A DNA stretch of 63,906 nucleotides, counting the filler, from Octopus bimaculoides (taxonomy: Eukaryota): the NCBI RefSeq assembly GCF_001194135.2. It is 9 parts of 8 records of this genome, joined end to end, with 100 filler letters (N's around TTAATTAATTAA, not from the genome) between each part and the next. Parts side by side here need not be neighbours in the genome. Positions count along the whole stretch, not along the records: positions 1 to 6,505 come from NC_068981.1; positions 6,606 to 17,700 come from NC_068984.1; 7 more parts are not named here. One strand, given 5' to 3'. The notes beneath the pieces are model-generated. The model was not told the origin of the DNA. It worked only from the letters and a program-made list of their open reading frames with translations, and did not search any database. Shown one piece after another: positions 1-12,690 of the stretch. Position 1 is the stretch's first letter, and each line of letters starts with the position of its first letter. Position numbers and translations under genes: made by a program.

Positions 1-37
1 ATGTGTGTGTGTATATATACATATACATACTTATATA

Positions 38-86
<49 letters not shown>
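1..86. repeat. (TG)/(TA)n microsatellite
   Basis: Direct read of dinucleotide runs. Confidence 0.95.
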
Positions 87-88
<2 letters not shown>

Positions 89-897
89 GGGAGTGACTAT
101 GCGTTTGTTTGAGTGTGATTGTATGTGTTTCTTTATGTATCACTATGTGCCTATGTTTGTGTACTTATGAATGCATTTATCCCTGTGTACATACGCACGC
201 GCGCACACGTATGTATTTCGTACAATATACATTTATACATTTATACTGATATACATATAATGGCATATATACCCCATAACCCAGACACGTATTGACACAC
301 ACACACTCTTGTTAATATATCTGTATATGTCAAGATGTATTTACAAGGAACAAGCAAATATCTGTCTACACAATATTTACATTCAAATATTAAGGAAATA
401 GCGATATGTTCAGAACACTGTCTACATAGTAAGAATCATTTTAGCAATATCTGCAAGTTTTGAGAAGAAATTGTTCTTAACGGCAATAGACTTAGTCTGA
501 GTCGGCTCCTGTTGCACTTCAGCACCCCAAGCGTCAGATACACTGCTATGTGTAAATCTACAATAAATCCAGTAAAGCCACTGGTTATGAGTCACGAACG
601 ACGAGATTACAAGTGGCTTTCAAATATCATATATTTACGACACTACTTGTAAAAGTGCAAATTTTGGTGGTCAGACTGACTGCAATGTTTGTGTGTGAAA
701 CGCCGTGTAGGCTTAGTCTGAAACAATAATAATGCATTTTTTAATATACCTAGAAAACACTCATATACACGCATATAAACATATCTACATAAATAACTAA
801 TTTTATGTTCTTTGAGTGTTGCTGCATAAATTTTGTTACAGTTGCTGTTTCTTTTCAGATATCATCAGACAAACGGTAATTAAAATTCCTTAAAATT

Positions 898-1530
898 ACA
901 GATCTATCGGACTTTCAAACAAGTTAATTTGTTGGCTTTCGTATGGCAGTCGCTAGCGTAACAAAAACAGCCGAAACGTTTGGTGTACCAAGAAATATTG
1001 TCTCGAACGTAATGACAGCCTTTCAGAAAGAGTGAAAAACCACGTCGAAACAAAAGTCCGGAAGAAAACCAAAACTTTCAGTTGGAGACTGTCGGACTCT
1101 AACGCGAATTGTTAGAAAGGATCACAAACGTACAGCTCCCAAAATTACTACAGAGCTTAACGACCACCTCTAGAACCCAGTTTCCATAAAAAACTGTTCG
1201 CCGGGAGCTGCACAAAACCGGCACCAAGATTCGCTGGAAAATATCGAAATGGGAACGCATATGTTCATTCGTTGAGGAGACTGAAGCAAGGAAAGTGACA
1301 GAATATGAAATCAATACTATCATGTGGAACAGTTGCAAAAGGTTTCTACTTAACTTGTCTAGACAGGACAATCTGTAGTGACCATCGGCTCAATGTGCAA
1401 CTGGGCTGCAAGAGGTGTAAACCCAGCTCGGAAAAGCAACATTGAAAGATGGACAGTGGAGCAGAAATTCACTTACGAATCAAACTTAATAAAACGCATA
1501 CCAGATTCTAGTGGTGTCCACTATCGGTAT
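898..1530 (+). mobile_element. Tc1-family transposase remnant (N-terminal paired/HTH region) with stops and frameshift
   Basis: Manual translation from 901: DLSDFQTS*FVGFRMAVASVTKTAETFGVPRNIVSNVMTAFQKE*KTTSKQKSGRKPKLS...RTLTRIVRKDHKRTAPKITTELNDHL*NPVS, matching the Tc1 DLSDF...SGRKPKL...TAELN pattern; possible TIR remnant ggtgtccactat near 1513; not in the ORF track. Confidence 0.8.
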
Positions 1531-2402
1531 TGATAGACAGCATTTATTTGTATTGCGATTAGTTAAAATTAGCATTATTTGTTATACAAAATTGTGAGAC
1601 AGTCAAATCTCTAAAATAATTCAGAAGAATAATTTAAGCATTAATATTTCCCCTTGGCAAATCTAAAATGTGCAATAAATGCAGAAACTCGGTTACCAAG
1701 TGATATTCTTCTCACAACTCCCGATATATGATCGTGTTCATGGTAGATTCTGATCAAGCTAGAAAGATGCAGTTTTAAAAAAAGCGTGATGCTACAATCG
1801 TCATTATACAGGCAGAATGTTGTTGCCGATATGAAAGGACAGCGTATGTTCTATGTAGGGATGAGATAAAACAATTGATATTCTCATTCCAAATCAGTAG
1901 GAATCCTAAAAAGACAATACATACACGCTTTTTCAAGATGCAGAATTTTTCACGAAAGTGTGTATTGAGGCGTTAGCTTTTTTTTCTCACAGACATACAC
2001 GGTTACAATAATCAGGATTATGTACTGTTTTACAATTTCCCAATTGAGAGCTTGTATAATTTTGTTGCATCGGGAATCGTACGTGTTTTTGTAATTGATA
2101 TCCATTTAACATAATAGCATTATAACTGCATGTAATTTTCTAAGTATGTATAATAAGAAAAATATGTTAACGAAATAATGCCTTCGTATATACTAAAAAT
2201 ATTTAAGCTTTTCCTGAAACAAATACTTAGAAAATATTTCAATTACTATATATATTCTATAGCTTGAAAGATTACTGAGAAAATTCAACTAGCAGTCAGT
2301 CTGTCATTGTTATATACATTCAACAAAGAAAATAGGAGTGGGACAGATAAAATTCAGGTAAAATTACGTTTCTAGCTACCAGAACTTCTGATATAATAAT
2401 TA

Positions 2403-2446
2403 CTGAACGAGGAGTACTCAGGTAGCTATTATTGTTCTCGAACGTC
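2403..2446 (+). ncRNA. Degenerate hammerhead-like motif (possible PLE terminal-repeat remnant)
   Basis: ctgaacga-g-gagtac...gttctc-gaacgtc: near CUGANGA, 6-bp stem II with one mismatch, GAA-CGUC. Confidence 0.35.
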
Positions 2447-3577
2447 GTTTTCTATATTTACCACGGACTGCTCCAAAATTACAACCTTCCTACACTTAGA
2501 TCCCTGGATGTTATAATTACACGCGCATACGCACACGCGCGCACGCACACATGCACGCACACATGCACGCACACACACGCATAGACATACACACACAAGC
2601 ATAGATACACACACACGCACACGCGTAAACATACGCACAAAAACACACACACACACATATATATAATGTATAAACATTCAACCATCAAGAGAATATGGAA
2701 AAGTTCCTATTATTGGAAATTTGGAATTGGCCCCCGGACGCAAAATAAAGCTATGAGTAATAAGTAAATATCGGTTTGAAACATTTAGATAGAAAAAGTG
2801 GAAAATCTATCCCAAAAGGTTTTTCTGCCCAATATTTACATGCGCCTATTTATAACTTTCAATATAGCTCGAGGCCCAGTTTCTACATACAAACTCTAGC
2901 GCACACAAACACACACACACATACTAAACAGATGTGCACACGCACACACTCGCACATAAATATATATATNNNNNNNNNNNNNNNNNNNNNNNNNNNNNNN
3001 NNNNNNNNNNNNNNNNNNNNNNNNNNNNNNNNNNNNNNNNNNNNNNNNNNNNNNNNNNNNNNNNNNNNNNNNNNNNNNNNNNNNNNNNNNNNNNNNNNNN
3101 NNNNNNNNNNNNNNNNNNNNNNNNNNNNNNNNNNNNNNNNNNNNNNNNNNNNNNNNNNNNNNNNNNNNNNNNNNNNNNNNNNNNNNNNNNNNNNNNNNNN
3201 NNNNNNNNNNNNNNNNNNNNNNNNNNNNNNNNNNNNNNNNNNNNNNNNNNNNNNNNNNNNNNNNNNNNNNNNNNNNNNNNNNNNNNNNNNNNNNNNNNNN
3301 NNNNNNNNNNNNNNNNNNNNNNNNNNNNNNNNNNNNNNNNNNNNNNNNNNNNNNNNNNNNNNNNNNNNNNNNNNNNNNNNNNNNNNNNNNNNNNNNNNNN
3401 NNNNNNNNNNNNNNNNNNNNNNNNNNNNNNNNNNNNNNNNNNNNNNNNNNNNNNNNNNNNNNNNNNNNNNNNNNNNNNNNNNNNNNNNNNNNNNNNNNNN
3501 NNNNNNNNNNNNNNNNNNNNNNNNNNNNNNNNNNNNNNNNNNNNNNNNNNNNNNNNNNNNNNNNNNNNNNNNNNNNN

Positions 3578-6505
3578 AGATTTAATCAAAAGATTAAATG
3601 TGGTACTTAAAATGTTTGAGGCACCAGAATTTGGTAGGATATAAACCAAGAACAAAATCAAAAGATTTGGTGAATAAATTTGAAGTTGGGCAACAAAAAT
3701 TCAATAGGTTATAGCAGTACGTACGTTTCGTACAAGCTCCATTTATTCATGTAGTGAGAACACTACAGAAAATACAATGAAAATGTACTCCTCAGCTGCA
3801 TAATGGAATTTCATTTTAGAAAGTCATTTTGAAGATGTTTGCAAAAAAAAAAACAAGAGTAAGAGAAGAAAACACATCTCGACTATGCTGCTGTTTCACA
3901 GACAAGTGAATCAAACAAGAATTTAAAATCAAATAGTAGGGATAGTAGTCATTTCAAATTTAGAGGAAGGTAGGTTAAGTAGTGGTGGATAGCAGTTTAG
4001 GGGTAAATCAAGCATGTAGGAAAGAAAAAAAATGAAAATGGAAGGACAATACCCTAATGAGTGGTAAGAATTTGGAACAAATCTAAGGTAAGGGAATTTA
4101 GGTCAAGGTATTAAAGAAATATATCTATTCTACAGTATAAATAGAATAATACAATGAAGCACTGAATCACTAATTTCAAAACTATACGGAACAATAATAA
4201 TTAAAACAAGATAAACATATCCAGTTAACATAAGATATAAATTAATGTGGGGTGGTATTATTTATGAGTAAAACTATAATATTAATGGCCAAAATCCAAA
4301 CAGAAAGAAAGGGGGGAAGAGAAAAGAGGAAAAACGGGAGATGAATAGAGATAGAAAAACAGGACTAAATGAAGAGAAATAAAGCTAAGGTTTTCGAAAA
4401 AGTGATAGATAGGGGAGACTTAAAATAACTTAGAGAAAATGTACGACTACTATCAGTGGGTTGGGGAAGGTTAAAATGTATTCTAAGTATATATTAAAAG
4501 TCATACCTCAAATAAAATAGTTATTAGTCAGGGAAATGAGAGAAACTAATTTTTAAAAATTAGCAAGATTTACTTTTTAAAAAAATATTTACTTTTTAAA
4601 ATATTTAAAGGTGCGGGAGTAACAATGCACACATAGAACCCTAAGGTCAGATCTATTGTTAATTAGATTAGGGTTATCCTTAAGGTTAAAAATTTCGTAA
4701 ATTTCCAAAGAGCACAGTCCACAGCCATATCTATTATTTCTATAAGGTCGTGCTCTCCTGATGATTTCCCATTTAAGATTAAAATCAATAGTATTTTTCT
4801 TCAATTCCCAAATTTTATTAGATAATGATGTGCTATTAGCTTTATGTTTAAGTCTAAATGAAGAAAAATGGTTATATAATCGTTGTTTAATGTTGATTGT
4901 GCAACCAACATAAATGTAATTATTAGTTGGAGTAGTTACTGTACATTTATAGATTACATTACGGGTTAAACAACGGCCAGATTCCGGACAGTGGGTTTTA
5001 ATTCTACAATTGCAATTAAGGGGCTTATTAGCTATATATATATTGCTATGTTGATTATTGATACACGTATCTAAATTATTTACATCAATATTGCTGGTTG
5101 TGTTATTAGATATGCAATTGATATTGTTTGAGCTAGGAAGATGTATCTCATCAACTATGTTAACAGTTGAAGTATTAATATGTTCATTAACATGTGCATG
5201 ATTATTGGTTGCGTTGGTGTTATTAATAGTTTGGTAGTTATTTGTATTGTTATCAATAATAAAACAATTTATATTTTCAAGAGTCCTAGCCAGTTTAATG
5301 TTTTTTTCTATTTAACTTATTGATAATAGATCCTATATTGGGGAGAGTAGAGTATGAGATACGGATTGTGTGTTGAGAGAAGATTTTATATCTATGGTTA
5401 TGGTCGAAATCTTTTTGTAAGATATCCATAAACTTCTTATAGATGTTTGTAGATACTGCATAGTTGTAAGGGATGTTAAGCCATATATAATTTTTTCTTC
5501 TAAATTTGTAATGTGAAGGGGGTTTGTGGTTATCATAACTATTTGGGGTTATATTATTGTTTCTATTATCATTGGTAGTTTTCTTATTCGGATCTATTTT
5601 GTTATGTAAAGTAATTTTCCTATTTTTATTTTTATGGTCCTTATTATAATTTCTGAAGCTAGTTATTTTATTGGTGTTAATATGGTTGTGTAGGCATTTA
5701 TCAGGTTGTATTATATTTTTATTCCTCTTGTTTGAGCACGATAGGTTATCATTAGTAGGTCTTTTCTTACCATTATTTACGTTAATTAAATTTTAATTAT
5801 TGGTAACATTATTTAGGATAATTAGATTATCATTATTAGTATTATTATCATTATTGTTACTATCACATTTAATATATTTAGGGATAAGGAAATAAATTTT
5901 ATGGTCATAGCCCGCTTTCGATAAAGCTTCATTATAGTAATGGGAATTTGATTTAAAGATGTCATGGTTTGAGGACAGTTTAGTTAATCTATCGGAAATG
6001 TTTTTTACAATAGATTTTAAAATATTTGGTGGGTGATTCGATGATCTATTTACATATTTAGTAACTTCATTATCTTTTCTATATGGATAGTGCAATTCGA
6101 TGATGGTTTTTCTAGATAAAAGTATTATGTCAATTTTTTCTCTGGTAATTAGGGATCTATTTTTAGCAAATATGAGAGCTTTGTTAAGGAGTATAAGAGA
6201 ACTGCTAGAATAGTAATTGTTGATATCGAATTGGATAAAGGAAAAATTATTATTGTTGTCAATAGAGTTAAACCAATTAAGAGCTTCATCAGTATTAATC
6301 CATAATTTAAGAGTAAGGTTAGGAATAATGAACGATATAATATTATCTAAAATAAGCTTACTTAATCTACCAATATCAGATCTTGTTGGGCAAATGAGTC
6401 TAACAGTAGGATTTACGTGAAAGTTTTTTTTATGATCTTTTAGATTAATTTTTGGTTCACAGGGTACAACAGGTTCAGTTCTATCAGTTAGATTATATTC
6501 TGTCA
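3578..6505 (-). mobile_element. Penelope-like retroelement (RT N-part, thumb, GIY-YIG endonuclease, 3' region with HHR), internally deleted, truncated by gaps
   Basis: Minus-strand translation: INLKDHKKNFHVNPTVRLICPTRSDIGRLSK...WINTDEALNWF...FDINNYY...RKTIIE / HYPYRKDNEVTKYVNRSSNHPPNILK / IWLNIPYNYAVSTNIYKKF...HTIRISYSTLPNIGSII / CNCRIKTHCPESGRCLTRNVIYKCTV...YIYVGCT...STSLSNKIWELKK...LKWEII...CGLC...NNRSDLRVLCVH. Confidence 0.92.
3709..3803 (-). ncRNA. Type I hammerhead ribozyme with complete core and extended stem II
   Basis: Minus strand: UUAUGCAG | CUGAGGA | GUACA...UGUAC | GAA | ACGUACGU | A | CUGCUAUAA; predicted cleavage after GUA between 3718 and 3717. Confidence 0.8.
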
Positions 6506-6901
6506 NNNNNNNNNNNNNNNNNNNNNNNNNNNNNNNNNNNNNNNNNNNNTTAATTAATTAANNNNNNNNNNNNNNNNNNNNNNNNNNNNNNNNNNNNNNN
6601 NNNNNTATAAGGGCATTACTATATAATAACGACTCACGCCATGAAGGACTCTAAGGTCAGACTACTATAAAAAGCACATTTTTACCGAATGCGAGGAAAT
6701 GCAACTCTCAAAGCCAACCCCTCAAAAACGAACTAAATTACAGATCATGATTTCGTAGTTATTGTAGTATTATACAACTTCTACTCGTCAGTATAATATG
6801 GTCCAGAAAAATAGAAATAAACAGTGAATCAACATACCAATATATATATTTACATAAATACACACTCAATAACACACACACACATATATATTTACATAAA
6901 T

Positions 6902-6932
<31 letters not shown>

Positions 6933-6941
6933 AATGCATAA

Positions 6942-7076
6942 ACAGGCTTTTTTCAGTTTCTGTCCACCAAATCTACTCACAAGGCCTTGGTCAGCCCAAT
7001 GCTATAGTAGAAGACACTTGCCCAAGGTGCCAAGCATGTGGTTGGGAAGCAAGCTTCTTAACACACAGCCATGCCT
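6942..7076 (-). mobile_element. SINE family A, 5' part with internal deletion
   Basis: Reverse complement of ggctgtgtggtaag...ggcaccttgggcaagtgtcttctactatag...gtgagtggatttggtagacggaaactgaaagaagcc seen at 30023 and 37992. Confidence 0.85.
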
Positions 7077-7116
7077 ATGTGCGTGTGTGTATACATACAT
7101 ATATATAGTGTGTTCA

Positions 7117-8320
7117 AGAGAGAAGACTGCTATGGTATGGTCATATGATGTGTATGGATGAGGACAGCTGCATCAAGAAGTGTCAATCTTTAATTGTGAA
7201 GGGAACCTGTGAAAAGGGCAGACCCAGGAAAACATAGGATGAAGTGGTGAGAAATGATCTTCAGATGTTGAGCCTCACAGAGGAGACGACAAGGGACCAA
7301 TACTTCTGGCAATGTGCTGTGCTTGAGAAGATATGTCAAGCTAAATAAAATTGTGACCATCTGTACACATAGGCATGTCTTTTACAACAAAACTCCTCAC
7401 ACACAGACGCACACAATCTGTCTATCAAAACTTCCTCACAATCCATCTTCCCAACACCCCCACAAGTTGCTGCAGGTCCCTCTCCTCCACTCTCCCTTGT
7501 GCACCTCATCTGCTGCAGGCCCTCAACTTTCCTTCACATATCTGACCACACACTCTCAATGCCCTCACAAATCTATCATACTCCACTCCAGCCACTCCAA
7601 TGTCTCTCCCCATTACTTGCTATAGTCATGTTTTCCCCACCTCTAAACATCTCTCACACTCTTATGGAACATCCCCTCTGTACTACTTATACTCTCCCTC
7701 TCACTGTTCCCTGTGGGTAAGCCCCAATACAGCTCTAACACCATCCATATCTCTCTCACTTCGACTGTCTTTTTATCTTTCTCTCTAACTCCCTTCCACC
7801 TTCCTCTCCTTCCTTGTCCTACTGGGGTAGCCAAGTACCTCCTCTATAGCAAAACAACTATCTCTATCCCTTTATTTATACTCTAAACTCTTGTCTGGCA
7901 CACAACCACTTTCCTTTATTCCAATCCCTCTCACAGCTGAGAAGTCTTTTGTCTAACAAGCTACTTGGGAACCCTGCTGGAGCTGGTGTCACATAAAACG
8001 TGTGTGCTGGTGGTATGTAAAAAGCACCTGGTGGTGCTGCCATATAAAAAGCACCTGTGCTTATGTCACATAAAAATTACCTGTGCTGGTGCCACATAAA
8101 AAGCATTTGTGCTGGGTCCATGTAAAACTCACCTGTGCTGGTGCCATATAAAAAGCATCCATACACTCCGTAAAGTGGTTGGCATTACGAAGGGCATCCA
8201 GTTATAGAAACCATGCCAAAACAGACGACTGGACTCTGGTGCAGCCCTTTGGCTTTCCAGCTCCTGTCTAACTGCCCAACCCATGCCAACATGGAAAACA
8301 AACGTTAAATGATGATGATG
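7117..8320 (+). mobile_element. Old RTE-clade LINE 3' end (ORF C-terminus, 3'UTR, (GAT)n tail)
   Basis: ERRLLWYGHMMCMDEDSCIKKCQSLIVKGTCEKGRPRKT*DEVVRNDLQML parallels 53570-53798; 3'UTR ends gttaaatgatgatgatg like 54241-54262. Confidence 0.85.
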
Positions 8321-8639
8321 GCAACTGTAAACAGGTATGTATGTATTTTAACTGGCTTCTTTTTGGTTCCTATCAAACAAATTCAGTAAGACACTTGTCT
8401 GTGGTGTTGCACAGTAGGACTGAACATGAAAACATGTGTGATTATCAAGCCACGACTATGCCTCACTCTCTTTATATGTATGTATATGCAAATATGTGAG
8501 CATGTGTGTGTATGTGTGTATACATATATATATATATATATAGTTAATAATGTTTTTATCAATAGACACCCTGCAGAGATATAATTAAATAGAAAACCTA
8601 AAACTATTAGAAGAAACCTGTTAAGTGTGTGTGAATGGA

Positions 8640-9250
8640 CAGAATTTGCAATGACATTATTGCTGCTCACATCACTGCACTAGCTACCACCACCACCACC
8701 ACCACAACCATGATAATAAATACCTCCACCACTACCACCACTGACACCACTACTACTATCGCCTGCATGATTACAATCACCACTGCTACTACACCACCGC
8801 TACCAAGATTACAACTACCGCTGCTACTACAACTAATACTACCACTAAACCTACCACTGCCACCACCTTTATCAAGATTTTAATTATCTTTACTACTACT
8901 ACTACTATTGTCACCACTACCGCCACCACAATGAGAATTACCTCCACTACTACCACCACTTCCACTATGATAACCACTACAACTAGCTCCACCTCAATCA
9001 TAATGATGATAACCACCACCACCACCACCACCACTACACTACTTAAGCAACTAGCATCCCCCACCACTTCATATCCCCATCCCTACCACATCATACCCCT
9101 ACCCCCACCCCACCACTTGATACTCCATCCCCACCATTTCATATCTCCGTCCCCATCATTTCATCCCCTACCACTTCATATCCCATCCCCACCTCATCCA
9201 TTACATCAATGGCCGTCATCACCACGTTCACCTTATTGTGTTATCCCATA
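8640..9250. repeat. Low-complexity (ACT)/(ACC)n trinucleotide tract
   Basis: Direct read; source of the Thr/Val-rich ORFs. Confidence 0.9.
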
Positions 9251-9882
9251 AGCGGCTGACTTCAAAAACATTGCTTTTGCTCATTTGATATTTGTTTAGT
9301 TTATTATATAAATAATTTCATTGTGAGGACAGACCAAACAAATTGAAAGTATTTGCCAGCCTGGGCTGCAAATAGTTAACAGCAGAACATGAAAAAGCGA
9401 GAGAAATAAGATACAATAAGATTAAACTCACTGCTAAACTCTTTGTTTTTACCAAATTGTTTGTAAGACTTAACAGCTTTTCATGACACACAAACATCAG
9501 GCTGCTCTGTATATACAAAGAAATAAAAGGGAAAACACTATTGAAAATAAGGGTTAGTATATTAACTTAGTAATAAACACATATAAAAATATACATATTA
9601 GAGAGAGAGAGAGGAGATGGAGAAAGAGAGTCAGAGGGGAGGACAGAGAGAGAGAGAGAGAAGAGGAGAGGAGAGAGATACTGATAAAATCATTCCATTA
9701 TTTCATACAGATTATCTAAGCAGATTTTGAAGAATTCATTAGATATGGAATATCGATAGTAGATTTGTATGCGCATGTACCAATTGCTTTGCTCGGAAAA
9801 AACTATTTGTGATGTAACTTCAAAATATTTATCGTGTAATTCATATACGCATACATTTATATACACATGTGCATACATATAT

Positions 9883-10472
9883 AATGTGTAAACAGGAAAG
9901 ACTGGGTAGAACAAACAAGCTTTACATAATACAACAATTGCATCATCTTCACTTTACCAGCAGATAATTGCCAAAATATTATCATACGATATATACATTA
10001 AATTTTATTACATTGCACTGCTATTATTTCAGCAACATTGGCAGTTGAAGACTCCTCAGGTATGGATGCAAAATGTTTGCTAAGTTAAACTATATACTTT
10101 ACACAATATAATATTATACCTCACTAGATTTACACTTATTATTTTATTTGTTTTCTTCATCACTCATTTTATTGACCATCTATACTGTACTTCAGGTTAA
10201 CAATTTTGTGATGTTTGCTTTTATTTTTTGAATATGGTGAGATATTTATTCTGTAGAATATGGTTTCATTTAGTGAACACTTTGCACCCATATCTGAGGA
10301 GTCCTCATTTGCCAGTGTTACTGAAGTAATACTGATGCAATATAATAAATCTAATGCATTTATTATATAGTAATACTTTGGCAATTATCTGCTGGTAAAG
10401 TGAAGATGAAACAGTTATAGTATTATGCAATAAAGCATGTTTGCTCAATCCAATCTCTCTTGTTTACACATT
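9883..10472. repeat. Diverged fold-back (inverted repeat, about 250-bp arms), MITE-like
   Basis: aatgtgtaaac...catcttcactttaccagcagataattgccaaa...gactcctcag (9883-10130) is the reverse complement of about 10230-10472. Confidence 0.85.
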
Positions 10473-10846
10473 TTTTATATATATTCCATGGAGCTTCATT
10501 GATTTCTGCATGTATCTTCATTAATACAATTGGTCTACATCATGAAACTGCACCCGGTGGCCTATATCAATAGGCAAGCTTTATAAAGTAAACTACAAAG
10601 TTCATACACAAATTGGACATCTATACATACAAATATATATACATATGTGTATACACACACACATATATATATATATATAGTTTGGGTAAATCTCAGCTGT
10701 TTCCTCTTGAAGCACATCTGCTTATTCCATTATTACAATCAATATGNNNNNNNNNNNNNNNNNNNNNNNNNNNNNNNNNNNNNNNNNNNNNNNNNNNNNN
10801 NNNNNNNNNNNNNNNNNNNNNNNNNNNNNNNNNNNNNNNNNNNNNN

Positions 10847-10878
<32 letters not shown>

Positions 10879-11009
10879 GTTAAGTGTATGTCCAGTCATA
10901 GAGTGACCAATGGTCACACTATGACTGCACATATACTTAACTGTGTAATAAATACATTACTGCTCTATGCTTTAGAATGTGCTTTGTTTTCAGATATATG
11001 ATACACTGA

Positions 11010-11052
<43 letters not shown>

Positions 11053-11905
11053 TAGATAGATATATATGTATGTGTGTTTATGTATATCTAATCATTTGTT
11101 CACCTGATGATGAGTTATTTGAGACAGGATTCTATATTCAGATCATCTTCTTGTTGCTATCCATTAACCATTTCCCAAGTAAGGGATTTCCTTATTCCCC
11201 CAGAAGTGCAAGGCAATTGTTCTTTATGTCAACATTATCCCTGCTTTGCTGAAGCAGCAACAATTTGGAATGCAAACATACAGGCACATTTGCATATGCA
11301 CACACTCACACTCACATACACAAACCCACACACACACACACATGAAAGAGACCTCTTGGAGTTTTCATCTACTGAATTTCCTAACAGGGTATTGGATGAC
11401 CTGAAACTATAGTTCACTTAAGTTGGTGTGCAGTGGATGCAATATTCCATGTACTTCATCAATACTTTTATTGATGGACACCTGTACATGCTCTCACCTC
11501 CTCACATCCACACTTTCAAACCACCCACTTAACAATCACATACACACACCAACATTCCCAACTCCAGTAGCCAATGACACTATACGTATACACTTGCACA
11601 TCTCTATATCCGCACACACACACACATGCCACACTTGCTTATGCTTGGGTCCACACACACATATATTCTTATACTTCCCCACTAAGTTCCTCCTCACAAA
11701 ACTGCATTCCCACTTGGTTTTTAACCTTTTACCCTTTCATTCTTTTTTTTTTTTTTTAACTATCTCTCTTTCTCAATCCCACTATGTATCTATCTCCATC
11801 TCTTTCGAAGACTAATATCAAAAATGTTCTGACACCTCTTTCCACTAAATTGTTAAACAAAAAATTGATTTGTTTAATTTTGTTCTTCCTCTTCCTCCTC
11901 CTCAT

Positions 11906-12075
11906 CATCATTTAACACCTTTGTTCCATTCTGCCATGGGTTGGAAGGTTTGACAAGATCTGATGAGTCTTGAGGTGTTCATCATGCTTTGGCGTGGTTT
12001 CTATGATTGGATGCCCTTCACATGCCAACCACACTTTACAGTATGGACTGAGTGCTTTGCTTGTGACACCAGCAC
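11906..12075 (-). mobile_element. RTE-type 3' tail (SINE/LINE 3'UTR fragment)
   Basis: catcatcatttaacac...ccatgggttggaaggtttgac...ggatgccctt...ccaaccacacttt is the reverse complement of the RTE 3'UTR motifs. Confidence 0.7.
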
Positions 12076-12189
12076 CTGTGAGGTCACCATGCAGTCTGCA
12101 AGACTAAGCTCCTCATCAAATGAGTGAGGCTACAGTGGAGAAGGAGGTGGCTTTATTCTTGGAGAGGAGGGATTAAAATATGAGAAAAG

Positions 12190-12518
12190 GGGCCAGAGCA
12201 CAAGTTTCTTACTGTAGAGGCGCCACATGGCTATGCAACTTATAGAAGGGTAGGTGTCTGTCTCCATTTTGTAAGAGATGGAGTGCCATGTAAAAAGCAC
12301 TGGTGCTGGTGCCACATAAAAAACACTGGTGATGGTGCCATATAAAAAGTACCCAGTACACTCTGTAAAGTTGTTGTCATTTGGAAGGGCATTTAGCCAT
12401 AGAAAGCAAGCTAAAACAGACTATGGAACCTAGTGCAGCTAGTTTCTGTTAAACCATCCAACTCATGCCAGTATGGAATATGGATATTAAATGTTGATGA
12501 TGATAATCATGATGATAT
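12190..12518 (+). mobile_element. RTE-type 3'UTR fragment with tandem stem-loop units
   Basis: ggtgccacataaaaaacac units, ggaagggcatttagccatagaaa, ccatccaactcatgccagtatggaa, (GAT)n tail. Confidence 0.75.
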
Positions 12519-12690
12519 CTCAGCCTCATGATTCCACCAGTTATAGTACATTATTTTATTGATTTTGAAAGCTGACCCCAGGCAGAGGGTTGGAACAAAT
12601 ACCACAAGGCATTTTGGTGTCATGCTCTAACAATGCTGCCAGTTTGTCCAATAATAAGACATAAAAATTTAAAGGATAAAAGAGGATTAC

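Noticed and set aside
7978-8160. Regularly spaced 26-bp repeats as a CRISPR array
   Set aside because: Head-to-tail units without unique spacers inside a LINE 3'UTR in eukaryotic DNA; no cas genes
10040-10320. CTGAGGAG motifs in both arms of the fold-back as hammerhead cores
   Set aside because: No convincing stem II closing onto GAAA and no stem I
11104-11132. ctgatga-t-gag-tta-ttt-gagac-agg HHR-like string
   Set aside because: Stem II and GAAA are both damaged; counted only as a weak site and not listed as a feature
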